Shown one piece after another: positions 52,327 through 64,000 of a DNA stretch of 64,000 nt. Source of the DNA: Octopus vulgaris. Lineage: Eukaryota. The position numbers were made by a program, and so were the translations under genes. The stretch is from contig OX597824.1 in assembly GCA_951406725.2 (NCBI GenBank), positions 38,192,001 to 38,256,000 on the forward strand. Direction: 5' to 3'. Under the pieces are notes generated by a model that was not told where the DNA came from, made no database searches, and saw only the letters and a list, made by a program, of their open reading frames with translations. Position 1 is the first letter of the stretch, and every line of letters starts with the position of its first letter.

Positions 52327-52800
52327 GTAATAATAGATACCATAATAATAAGCAACAACACTAATGATAACTGCGATTTATAGCTGCCGCCACAGTAATA
52401 ACAACAATAATAATCGCAGCAGTAATAACAGCAACAACAGCCGCGGTTACGAGGGAGCCTTTTCGTAACCGTTCAATCTGCTAGAAATAATCAGAATTTC
52501 CCTCGGTTTGCACCAGACTGGGGGGCTAAACCGCAACAGTTATTGCATTATTAAGTGAACTGCTATTATTACTACCTTGATTGGAATCTACTCTCTTTTG
52601 CAATAAAATCGTTTCCTAATTACGGATCTATCATCATTAATATCATTGTCGTTTACCATCGTTAATTATCAGTTGCTAATGATTCCAATCTTTGGAATTA
52701 ACGGAGAAGTAGACGTCGGTCTAACGTCGACTTCAACCAACTTAACGATGTGATTTTGATATCTCAGCTGGAGCCGTTTCTGCTATAATGCAAAATGCTC
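52062..52800 (-). promoter_or_regulatory. Probable 5'UTR/promoter region of MSK, with GAT/GAC/AAT/AAC trinucleotide tracts
   Basis: Immediately upstream of the ATG, largely free of recognisable TEs and visibly CpG-retaining. The TSS cannot be placed from sequence. Confidence 0.45.
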
Positions 52801-53904
52801 TTGGAAAAGCATGAAGGTTGCAACATTATATTAATGTTGTCTATAATTATTATTATTATTATTGTTGCGACTGTTTTGACTGATTTAGTCATCGGTGACG
52901 CTGTTATTGATACTGTTGACGCTGCTTATGATGATGACGAAGATACTACTGCTGTTGGTGATATAATTCAAGGTTGTTTTAATAACTGTTGTCTCTGAAC
53001 AATCATCAACAATAATAAATGAATGGTTACATTAAAAAATCACCATTTCTAGTTTCATTAGGCACCTGTCCGCTATCACAATTCCATTAACATCAAGGAT
53101 GCTTTATAAGAATATTAAATCGTCCCTAGTTCTTGCTTGGTACTTAATTATTATTATTATTATTATATATTTTTTTTCTTTTAAGGAAGAGCAAAAGGCA
53201 AAGCTGGTCTCGATAAGATTTGAACCGAGAACATGAAGGATCGTAACTAAATACAAGAAAGTAGTTTGTCCAACATTTCCGATTGAGATAGTTTGCCGTA
53301 ATCATTTGTGTATGCATGTGTTTCAAAATGCATTTCCACTTTATTCCTTTCCTATCAACCTCCAACCACTTGTTTTTAACTCGAAATTTATACATTTCCC
53401 TCACGTTTTTTTCCTCTTTCATTCTGCAATGCAGCTAAGGAATTAAAAAAAAATAAAGAAAGGAAATTGTTTCTCAATAAATGGTTGTTCTGTTTTTCAG
53501 AATAACTGTTATCCTCATCAATATAAAACATCAACTACCAACTGACTCTATCTTGAAGTTCAAGTCCTTTTTACTGCATGGTCAAAGCATTTCTCTTCCT
53601 CTGGGGTATATGACAAAACGGGTAACGTACTGAAAAACAGGGGTAAAACTTTAATGTATCTCCTATGGTTCAGCTTTAATTTCGCCAGGAAGATGGAGAA
53701 AAAAGACACCTTCTTGAAACATATAGCAGTGGTGGTTTTGAACTGCCCTACCATTTGCTGTTTGTCAGAAAGGATTTCTCTTGTCCCTACACACACACAC
53801 ACACACACACATACTGTGTTATCCTGTTTCAAGCCCCCATTTGACAATATTTCAAGGGGTCAATAGGAAAGTAGTGAAAAGTAGCATCTGCGCCTATATA
53901 ATTG

Positions 53905-54122
53905 TATGCATGCATGCATGCATGCATGTATGTATGTATGTATGTATGTATGTATGTATGTATGTATGTATGTATGTATGTATGTATGTATGTATGTATG
54001 TATGTATGTATGCATGCATGCATGCATGTATGTAGTATGCATGTATGTATGTAGTATGTATGTATGTAATGTATGTATGCATGCATGTATGTATGTAGTA
54101 TGTATGTATGTAATGTATGTAT
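53905..54122. repeat. (TATG)n/(CATG)n microsatellite
   Basis: Directly visible; source of the HTYI/MYVC ORFs. Confidence 0.95.
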
Positions 54123-55103
54123 ATAATGTACTGTGTATGACTTTAAATGATGGGGCCCTGGTTAATGAGTTCCAGGGTTTTGAGGAGTGTGGAATCACCT
54201 CTTAACCACTATTGTTTCCAAGTTTTCTTTGACACTTGCTAAGGTCCCAGCTATGGATCATTTAGTTTGTTAATAAAAACCACCAAGAATGAAGGATCCT
54301 TAGATGTTGTCACAGCATCTTTCTAGGAGAGTACACTCTTATGTAAAACCTGCAGTTTCATGTGATTACTGGTCATTTCACTTTGGCTTGTTACTCAGTA
54401 CTGGTCAATGAGACTCAGAGAGTGGTACTCATATTGTACAAGCATTCATCACAATAATTTACTGATGTACAGATGACACATTATGGTGACCTCATTTGTC
54501 AGTTTTCATTCCATCTCCTGAAAAGCCCTGTGGCAATAGAAGAGTGACAATGTGAGCAGAAGCATACAGTTAAAAAGCAGCAAGATTGAATAGTTATCTG
54601 AAAGGTCATGGATGGAAAGTCAGAAATATCATTGACAATGAAGAAGCACAAAGAGACAGCAATTATCTGTGGTGCTGAAGCAATCACCAGTTGAAGTGAT
54701 TAGGTAGTGGGGAAAATTGAGTAGGAGGATGTGCAGTGTTGCTTAATGTTATATGTGGGTGGATTAAGAACTGCATAAAAGAGGGAGAGGTAAAAGGGAA
54801 AGATAGCGACAGGATATTTGAGAGTGTTAGTGTGATAAGGGCAGTGAGAAGGTAAGATGGAGCACTACCCCACATTATCTACAGATGTGTAGGGTGGTGT
54901 AGGGCAATGATAAATAAGATGATGATGAGGGGGAAGGGTATATCCTCAAGGTAACATGTCCAAGAAAGCATGGAGACAGAAGCATCAGCGAAGGTGGGTA
55001 AAAGTAGTCAGTGTAAAACCCCTCCCCAATGCAGCATCATGACATGATTTGGTAGGAAGAAAGGCTAGCAGTATATAGGTGGTAGAGATGTGAAGAAGGG
55101 AAA

Positions 55104-55485
55104 TCTCTATATATATAAAACTGAAGTTGTCTGTGTATGGCAGGTTAGGTAGCCTTCAACTAACACTATCTCCTCCGAGACCCTGCAGCGCAAGTTGGCC
55201 AAAATTGAGAGTATGATAGAGGAAGGCTTGTTCTTGAAGAAAAAATTCAAATCGGACCATGTTAACACCAAAAATTATTTACATCAAAAGGGTGCTTTTT
55301 TCTATGAAAATCCCTATTTTTTAAGATTTTTTGACTGCCTAATTGCCATTTTTCAGTGTATTTCAACCAGAAAAATGTTTACTTAGAGAGAATAACAAGC
55401 TACATAATGCAAAATTTTTACTTTTCAAAAATTCCAATTCTAAAGGGTCGAAACAAACCCGAGCAACGCTGGGTGATACTGCTAG
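55104..55485 (+). mobile_element. Non-autonomous Helitron (382 bp)
   Basis: A|TCTCTATATATATAAAA 5' end; subterminal hairpin cccgagcaacgctggg; CTAG|T 3' end; no TSD. Confidence 0.82.
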
Positions 55486-55904
55486 TATTCTATATGCAAA
55501 AATCAAGTAGTTTTTTTTTCAGTTCTTGGTGTCAAAGCACATTAAATAGAGGAGAAAAGACATAGCAGTAAGAGTAGATAGTTGGGGGATGAGAGAGTAT
55601 GGAATGTACAACAGGTGTAGGGATGTGTACCTAGAGAGTACAGAATAGGTAAAGGGAGGGGTGCCTGCACTAAGCTTCAACAGGAAATCAGGTCTTCCTC
55701 AGTACTATCATATCACATCATCACGTGTCTTCCTTGCTCTCCCTCTCCCACATGTAGTATTCACTTTGAGTGTTTGACATTTGCTTATGCAGCTGCCATC
55801 CTCCATTCACATCACATGCCTTTAATAGCACATAAACCTCACTTACATGCTAGAATTGATTCCCCTTATACCCAATTCGTCTTCCTGTTCAATTATATTT
55901 TGTT

Positions 55905-56236
55905 GTTTAGTTCTATATTGAAGAGTTGAGGAATTATGTACATTATTTACCTTATTTACATTTGACGGATATTTGTCCTCATTTTGTTTGTTGTTAACAC
56001 AATGTTTCGACTGATATACCCTCCAGCCTTCATCAAGTGTCTTGGGTAAATTTCGAACCTGGGTTCCCATTCCTAAGGTATTTTTTGATGTTATTATTGT
56101 TATTATTGTTATTATTATCATTATTATCATTATTATTATTTTCATTATTATTATTATTATTCAGGTCACTGCCTAAAATCGAACTCGGAATCTTTGGGTT
56201 AGTAGCCCACACTCTTAACCACTATGTCATATGCCC
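55905..56236 (-). mobile_element. tRNA-headed element carrying a hammerhead-like motif
   Basis: Minus strand: gggcatatgacatagtggttaagag...gagttcgatt (A/B boxes), then (AAT)n, then a hammerhead-like motif at 55996-56041. Confidence 0.6.
55996..56041 (-). ncRNA. Degenerate minimal type I hammerhead ribozyme
   Basis: GACAC-UUGAUGA-A-GGCUG-(10 nt)-CAGUC-GAAAC-AUU-GUGUU; two substitutions from a canonical ACGU-palindrome minimal HHR. Confidence 0.55.
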
Positions 56237-56239
56237 TCA

Positions 56240-57250
56240 TACATCTTCCTCCTTCAACATCTCTTCCATCATTTTCCCTTGATTTCATAAGCCTAAACAC
56301 TCTATCTGGGTTCTCAACCGGCCCGCTCAACTTCTCCTCAGCCTCTTTCCTCATAGATCTCCCAACCACCCTCTTTGCATGATTCTTCATATTATCATTA
56401 TACTTATGTAAGTCCCACTCACCATTTCATCAATGAACTGCTCTTTCTCAGCGACCCCTCTTCCACTTTGTGGACCATACCCACAAATCACCCTCACCAC
56501 TTCTTCCTCAAATGTTATTACTACTGTCATCACTCTGTCTCTCTTTCTCTTGACCTCCACTACCTTCTCACAGATTTCTTCCTTCACCAAAACTCCCACA
56601 TCTCCAGTCCCCTTGCCATTTCCCTACCACCACAACTTGTACTTTCTTCCCTTGACCCCTACAAATCTTGCACCATGACCCCTCCACCTAGTCTCCTGCA
56701 CACAGCTCACATCCACCTTCCTCTTCCTCAATTCCTCACACACCTCAGTTCCCCTTCCATGCAAACTGCCCACATTCCAACTTCCCAACCTCACCCTAAG
56801 CTTCTCCTCAGGCCCTCGACCATCATAAAGCAAGTCATGCTTAAGCAACCCAGGATGAGGGTTTGCATCTTCCTTTTTGAGGTAGGCAGGTGCAGCCAAC
56901 CCTAACCTTTATACTGGCTGATGCCTATGCTTCTTTGCTATTGTCATGAGGCATTTTCGGAGCTGGATTTTCTACGGGGAACATGCCCTCTGCTTACCCC
57001 CAACCTCAGTTTCTAGACATGAGAGGTCCCTAGCTTGGGAAGGCAGGGATGCTACTCCTTGAGACCTCTTTCAGAGCCCTGCTACTTTCAAATCTTTTAC
57101 TGCACTATCTACCATACTGCTGTCAACTTGGATGGGTGATCTACATGGCATAGGCTTTCTCCCTCCCAAGCATTCTCCACATTCAGTAACCTCTTGTAGT
57201 AGCATGTCCAAGCCTCATTCTTATCAACATCAGTGAGAGCAAGCTTGGCA
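56240..57250 (-). mobile_element. RTE LINE 5' region (APE endonuclease) remnant
   Basis: RLGSWNVGSL, VQETRW and VICGYGPQ in ORFs 56624..56899 and 56387..56599. Confidence 0.82.
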
Positions 57251-57267
57251 TTATGTGTGTGTGTGTG

Positions 57268-57484
57268 AAGGCGGCGAGCTGGCAGAATCGTTAGCACACT
57301 GGACGAAATGCTTATCGGTATTTCATCTGTCACTACGTTTTGAGTTCAAATCCCTCTGAGGTCGACTTTACCATTCATCCTTTCGGCGTCGATAAAATAA
57401 GTACCAGTGACACACTGGGATCGATGAAATTGACTTATCCCCTCCTCCAAAATTGCTGCCCTTGTGGCAAAATTTGAAACCATT
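57268..57484 (+). mobile_element. SINE family B
   Basis: Head ggcggcgagctggcagaatcgttagc and the family core. Confidence 0.85.
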
Positions 57485-57699
57485 ATGTGTGTGTATGTGT
57501 GTTTGTTCACACACATATACACATGCATACACACACGCGCACGTGCTTGAGGTCCGATGTAAAAGTGTCAGAACTGTTGCAATGGTAACAAAACTAAAGT
57601 ACTCAGGGTGAAGTTGCTTGGCACAGATTAACCTTGAACTCTCTTGCACATGCATTCTCACTTACTTCCATTGTTTATCGCAGTGCTTGAAAGTAAAGT

Positions 57700-58077
57700 G
57701 TGTAGAGTGTGGTCATATCAAAAAAAGATCAGGTTTCAGCTGCACAGGATCTCCTAGATTGTGTCAAGGAAGATGAAAACTTTGAAAATGGTCATAATAG
57801 GTGATGAATGGTGGGTTTATGACTATGACCCCCAAAACCGAGGCTCAGTCTTTGAAGGGAAAGATCCCAATAAGATTTCAAGACATTGCCGAACTCCAAG
57901 AGACTGCAATGAGAAAACTGCTCACTATCCCACAAAAGAGTTTCCAGGAATGTTACCATCAATGTAAGCGATGCTGGATAAAGTGTGTGACTTCAGAAGG
58001 AGATAAAATACCAAATTGATATGTGTGGTAGTTGTCTTTTCATAACACCAGTCTCAATACTTTTAAATCAGACCTCG
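57700..58077 (+). mobile_element. Internally deleted mariner fragment
   Basis: IIGDEWWVYDYDP motif, IPQKSFQECYHQCKRCWIKCV C-terminus and TIR-like end acttttaaatcagacctcg|TA. Confidence 0.72.
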
Positions 58078-58869
58078 TATATACATACATACATACATAT
58101 ATATAATATATATCATCATCATCATCATCATCATTTAAAATCCATTTTCCATGCTGGTATGGATTGGACGGTTTGACTGAGGACTGGTAAGCCAGTAGGC
58201 TGCACCAGGTTCCAATCTGATCTGTTTGGTTTCAGTAAACCTAGAAAAAAAATCAGTGACAAATATACATGATTTATGTACAGGTTATGGGTCTACACAT
58301 GTTAATGTAGAATCTATATACTTAGAAGTAACAGAAGAGAGAAAAAGAATAATGTTTTTTTTTCTGCTTTCACAGATTCCCTCGACTCTGTCACCATCCA
58401 ATCCCATTATTATGAATCTGAATTGGGAGCTTGAATCATTGTAACTCTTTCATTAGCTGATTACACAATCATGGATGCCATCACTATGGGTGCGTTGCAG
58501 TTACTCCTTTGATAAAGCTTGGAAATCCTGACTGTTATCCTCTAGAATTCCTCCACTCAGCATCAATGTAAGAAGCATTGTTGAGCTCTTCTGCAACCTC
58601 TTCATAATCTGCCATGCTGGAGTCCCATGACTTTGCTACATCCCTGGCTGGGTGACTGAATGGGTACTTTCCCTTGCCAAAGGGCAACCAGTAACTTTGG
58701 AGGTAGGGTCATCACCCTGTGAGGTATTTTCAAAATACTCTGATACCCAAAGAAAAGATTTAGTAGGATATATAAAAAGGTTCCCTCATACATCTATGAC
58801 AATTGACTCAAGTTGGCCCCAAACAGCTTATACATATATTATATTTTCTTTTCTTTTCTTTTCTTTTGT

Positions 58870-59075
58870 ATTCTAGGCACAAGACCAGAAATTTTTGGGA
58901 AGGGAGCCAGTCAATTAGATCGACCCCAAAACACAACTAGTACTTCATTTATTGACCCCAAAAAGATTAAAAGCAAAGTCGACCTTGGTGGAATTCGAAC
59001 ACAGAACGTAAAGACCCAACGAAATACTGCTAAGCATTTAACCCGGCATGCTAACGTTTCTGCCAGCTTGCTGCC
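58870..59075 (-). mobile_element. SINE family B
   Basis: Reverse complement of the family. Confidence 0.75.
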
Positions 59076-60619
59076 TTACATATATTATATATTGACTGAT
59101 TGATTTCTCAATGTCTCATGTCACTTCAACGAATAAAGGTTCAACAGGACACAACTACACAGAGTTCTCATTTTGCTGTTTTACTGTCTCATACAGAAAT
59201 ACTGAGCTATCTGTGATTTGCAGATCCTGTAGCAGACATCACAGTCATGGTTACTGTCTTCTGGAAGTAGATTGAACCTGACTGCACACTGGACCCTTTT
59301 CTCACTCAGTGTGTCGATCTTGGCTGCATCAAAGTTGGAGATGGCTTGATAGCACAAGCTTCTTGCACAGGGCTCTATTCAGTGTTACCAATTCCTATGT
59401 CTTCAGATTTATCTTGCAGATTTTCAAGTAGGTCTTTGAGTGTTCTTATAATGGAGCATGCATACACACACACACAGAAAGTGGATATCTATGGATTATG
59501 GAGAATACATATTATTATTGGAGCAAGAGAATACATACCAACCCATCTGGAGCAAAGTATAGACAAACTTGAGATCTTGGGGAGAGAATGCAAATCCTTG
59601 ATTCATATGCTACAAATGTCACGATATCTGAGACTATAAAAATCTGCAAGAACTTCATAAGATTTAAAGGATGATGGTTGAAAGAAGATGCTTTCCTTCA
59701 CAACCTTGCTGCCAAGTAGGTAACTGATCAAAATTTACTCTAAAATTTACTCCACATTCTACTCCTATATTTAATATGGTTTGGTGATACAATCATCATC
59801 ATCATCATTATCATCCTTCAACGTCCGTCTTCCATGCTGGCAGTCGGATGGATTTACGAGAGCTGGCAAGCTGGAGAGCTGCACCAAGTTCTAGTCTGAT
59901 TTGGTTTGGTTTCTATGGCTAAATGCCCTTCCTAATGCCAACCATATTACAGTGTGTTGGGTGCTTTTAATGTGGCACCGCATGAGTGCTTTTAATGTGG
60001 AAATGGTACACGACACTTGCAGAAGTGTTAAGCCCACTCCAGGGGGAGTGGCCTTAGCTCTCTTCTGCTGAAATAAAATTCAAGGGTTGATTACATAATA
60101 CATATTTTAATTATTAATCAACAAAAATTACCAAGTGACTCAAGGGCTGAAGGTTTTGTGTATTTGTATTCATCAAACTGGTCTCAAATTATGAGGATTA
60201 CATTTATATAAATATAAGTCTCAAGATTGTTCTTGAATAATCTATAAAAACAACTACAAGATCATGTGAATAATTCATATTTTTGCAATAGTTTTCCTGT
60301 TTAACAGTTGAATAATGAATAAAGTGGAAAAAAAGGATATAAATGCACAGACACACATAAACAAATATGTCAATATATATAATGTATATAAGTCGAATAA
60401 ATTGTTGGCTTTATATAGTTTTTAAAAAAAATTGTTAGGTTAAATTATATTATATTATATTTTTTATAGTATATCTTATTATGTTATAATGTAAATAAAT
60501 TGTTAGTTTGTCAATTGTATTACTCTGTTTCATTTGATATTTGTATTTTGTATTTATACCCCTTTTTTCTGTGGTATTCAATTGCTGCACCAGTGAATTG
60601 GATGTTTTACATCCCTTTG

Positions 60620-60935
60620 AGTGGAAGCACATGGCCTAGTGGTTAGAGCAGCGGACTCGCTGTCAAGGGATAACGGGTTCGAATCTCAGACCGGGCGATG
60701 TGTGTGTTTATGAGTGAAACACCTAAGCTCCATGCTTTTCTGGCAGAAGGTAATGGCGAATATCTGCTGACTCTTTTGCCACAACTTTCTCTCACTCTTT
60801 CTTCCTGCATCTTGCAGCTCACCTGCGATGGACCAGCGTCCCATCCAGGTGGGGAACTAATACACCAAGGCAACTGGAAAACTGGCACTTATGAGCCAGG
60901 CATGGCTTGAGAAAGAACAAACATCCCTTTGAAGG
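60620..60935 (+). mobile_element. tRNA-derived SINE (family C-like)
   Basis: A box tggcctagtggttag and B box ggttcgaatct; tail gcgtcccatccaggtgggga resembles the 13251 copy. Confidence 0.75.
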
Positions 60936-61357
60936 ATTTGCTTTTTCCTTTGTTTGTTTTATTACACACACACGCACACACACACACACACATGCAAATA
61001 AACATAATAAATGCATCTACACATGTACAAGTATGCACACACACATTTTTATATATGTGTGTGTAACGAAGACTCAGTTGTAATTCCTCTCCCTTTATCA
61101 TATATATGTGCATTCGAATGTAGCAAGGAACAGCTAACTTTTGGCTGCTATTTGGATCCCGTTGTGTCCACAACTCTGATTGGTTGGTATTGGCTCAATT
61201 TCTCTCTTACTCGATTGTGCCAACTGCCATGTATAACCAGTCGGAGGCCCTAATATGATCACGTGGGACAGTCTGCTTATTACCCTGCTTGAGCCTACAG
61301 TTCCTTATAAAAAAACTTCACTTTTCCTAGTTTTGAAGTCTTTGGTTCTAGACCTTT

Positions 61358-61575
61358 AATAATAATAATAATAATAATGAAATTATTGTATACAGTGCTC
61401 AGGTGCACCACAACTTGTCAAAAGTGCATATAAAGTATATGCAGTAATGTACAAATGTCTGGAAAGTGAACAGTGTAGGAGTCAGATACATGCTTGCATG
61501 TGCATGGAGGGGAGAAAATCAGGTGTAGTGTTGGTGAATCTCAGGAAGCATGGAAGTTTTGAAGGATGCAGTAGC
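61358..61575 (-). mobile_element. CR1/L2 LINE 3' end (same family as 8282/21845)
   Basis: Reverse complement of the 3' UTR with (AAT)n. Confidence 0.85.
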
Positions 61576-62121
61576 CACTGACAACAAAGACACAACCAGT
61601 TCCAGCGACAATGCCAGATGACAACACCCTCACCACAGCAACTACGTTGAGACTCACCAACTTCATTCAACAGCATTACGGCAACCTCTGTCTTTGTTTC
61701 CACCATCATGTCCTTCTTAATGTCATCAACATCATCTCTCTATGTACACAACTCAGCAAGCAATTCATCCAGGTTCCAACATTTCACTGTTTGTGAATTA
61801 TCTTACCACAGAATAACAGTGAATATACAACCTGCATGAACTCCTGTACCAAGTGACCCAGGCAGCAGCATCACAGCCACAGCTCCACATATGACATGTA
61901 CCCGTAACCATCTCAGCATCATGACTGTAACTTCTTGATACAGTATTTCAACTACTATGTACTATTGACTACGAACTGGTATTACTTATCTTGTGTCTTT
62001 GAACTTCTCACTTCAGTGGCTATGGACTTTTTCACTGTCTCCTTATTGCCATCCTTAAATGTTCTTAACACATGCATACATCCATACTTACACACACACA
62101 CATTTTGTTCTCAGGAGACCT

Positions 62122-62390
62122 CTGCTGTGCTTGAGGAAACCTATTGAATCAAGTACATCAACATCAAAAAGTGAAACTGCTGTGCTTGAGGAGACTTACT
62201 GAGTCAAGTACATCAACATTAAAAAGTGAAACTGCTGTGCTTGAGGAGACCTATTGAGTGAAGTACATCAACATCAAAATGTGAAACTGCTGTGCTTGAG
62301 GAGACCTATTGAGTGAAGTACATCACCATCAAAATGTCAAACTTCTGTGCTTGAGGAGACCTATTGAGTGAAGTACATCACCATCAAAAA
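62122..62390 (+). repeat. 55-bp tandem repeat, about 5 copies, at the 5' edge of an RTE-tail element (to about 62682)
   Basis: Units start at 62122, 62177, 62232, 62287 and 62342 (ctgctgtgcttgaggagacctattgagtgaagtacatcaacatcaaaa..gtgaaa). Confidence 0.92.
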
Positions 62391-63134
62391 ATCAAATGGA
62401 AATTGTCATTGTGATACCTGTGCCAGTGGCACGTAAAAAGCACCAACCGATTGTGGCCATTGCCAGCCTCCCCTGGCACCTGTGCCAGTGGCATAAAAAA
62501 GCACCCACTACATTCATGGAGTGGTTGGCGTTAGGAAGGGCATCCATCTGTAGAAACACTGCCAGATCAGACTGGAGCCTGGTGCAGCCACCTGGCTTCC
62601 CAGACCCCGGTCGAACCGTCGAACCCATGCTAGCATGAAAAGCGGATGTTAAACGATGATGGTGGTGATGATGATGATGATGACAGCCTGTCTATTATTC
62701 TGTATACATGACACACACAGACACACGTTAACATATCAATAAATGTTCTCTTAATCTTTCTTACATGGTTATGTCTCTTTTTCCCTCTGGCACTGATCTG
62801 AACCATTCAATTCCTCTTTATTGTAATGGCCGCGAGATCGGGTACTAAAGAGCCATTCTTACACCTCACATTGCACAGTCCTTACATGCGTATATTTGTA
62901 TGTACATGGGTATATCCAAGTATATCTGTGCATACATGTGTGTACATGACTGTACAGACATGTGTGTGCATATGTATGCATGTGTGTGTACATGTATGTG
63001 TGCATGCATGTGTATGTGTGTGTGTTTTATGTATATGAATGGATGTGTGTACATATAAATATATATATATATATGTATATGCACATGTATGTATGTGTAT
63101 GTGTGTATTTATATATACTAATGCATATATTATT

Positions 63135-63768
63135 TTACAATTTATTGTTAGCAGTAGCGGATTCTAGTTATTGCTCTGGTGCACAGGTGCTCACGACCGA
63201 AGATGAGCCAAATTACTTGAAACTGAGCCACACTCACGATCATGTTAGCTGCTAGAGGGAAGTAGGGGTTCGCTCTCCCAGCTAACAATATATTGCATAT
63301 GAAGGATGCAAAGTGTTGTACCAAAAACCAGCTGGTGGAGAATCCACCAAGGGTTAAACTAGTAGTAACATTCAACAGTCACTTTGATGTAGCGACTGGC
63401 TTTACTGTTTAGTATATGTTACTACTCTATCTCTTCTTGAGATTTTATAAGTAGCTACTTGGCTTGTTGCAAATCAGTGACCGATGGTCACTTTGCTTAC
63501 AATATATTGCTAGCAGTAGCAGATTCTGGCTATCACCCTGGGGCACAGGTGTTCACGAATGAAGATGAGCCAAATAGCTCGAAACTAAGACACTCTTGCG
63601 ATTCTGTTAGCTGCTAAGGGGTAGTAGGGATTCACTTCCCCTGCTAACAATATATCATATAAAAAGGGTGCAGAATGTTGCACTGATAACCAGGTGGCAG
63701 AGAATTTACCTGGGGTTAAACTAGTAGTAACAAGCAACAGCCACTTTGATGTGGCAACTAGCTTTACT
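63135..63768 (+). repeat. 362-bp-period diverged tandem repeat (about 1.75 units), each unit with a hammerhead-like motif
   Basis: 63135-63406 aligns with 63497-63768; motifs at 63191-63240 and 63553-63601. Confidence 0.8.
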
Positions 63769-63769
63769 T

Positions 63770-63815
<46 letters not shown>

Positions 63816-63835
63816 ATATAAATAAATAATAATAA

Positions 63836-64000
63836 TAAATAAATGTGCACTTTTAAAGCCTAGCCAGGCTCATGGGCCTGGTTTCCCAGTTTCCATGGCT
63901 TATGTGTTCCCCAGCTGGATGGGTTGCCAGTCCATTGCAGCATTACTCATTTTTGCCAGCTGAGTGGACTGGAGCAATGTGAAATGAAGTGCTTTGCTCA
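63836..64000 (-). mobile_element. SINE family C 3' part (runs off the window)
   Basis: Reverse complement of 13340-13505. Confidence 0.8.

Noticed and set aside
53781-54205. HTYI/MYVC-repeat ORFs (also 28569-28806, 37697-37991, 52135-52383, 62826-63255)
   Set aside because: Microsatellite translations.
62122-62390. CRISPR-like appearance of the regular repeats
   Set aside because: Units are contiguous with no unique spacers, the context is eukaryotic and there are no cas genes.
52800-64000. A second host gene upstream of MSK
   Set aside because: No exon with recognisable protein similarity found; small or non-coding exons cannot be excluded by eye.

Overview
AT-rich, repeat-dense eukaryotic (animal) DNA. 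The SINE/RTE families and microsatellite load look like an octopus/coleoid cephalopod genome (inference). The window holds one complete protein-coding gene on the minus strand: a dual-kinase-domain MSK1/2 (RPS6KA5-like) kinase. I reconstructed it by hand as 16 GT-AG coding exons from ATG at 52061 to TAA at 84-86 (2889 nt, 962 aa, all splice phases consistent). It has a C-terminal tail about 160 aa longer than human MSK1. Introns and upstream DNA are filled with tRNA-derived SINEs, RTE and CR1/L2 LINE remnants, decayed mariner elements, piggyBac-type MITEs, non-autonomous Helitrons and fold-back elements. The most unusual signal is five minimal type I hammerhead-ribozyme-like motifs in four small elements: one inside a near-perfect 97-bp inverted repeat and sense to the MSK pre-mRNA, one downstream of a tRNA-like Pol III head, one pair in a 362-bp tandem repeat, and one relic. 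All deviate from the canonical core, so activity is unproven. Many intronic inverted repeats could form long dsRNA in the pre-mRNA. Most short ORFs in the supplied track are repeat or microsatellite artefacts. TE boundaries are approximate unless a TSD or TIR is given.
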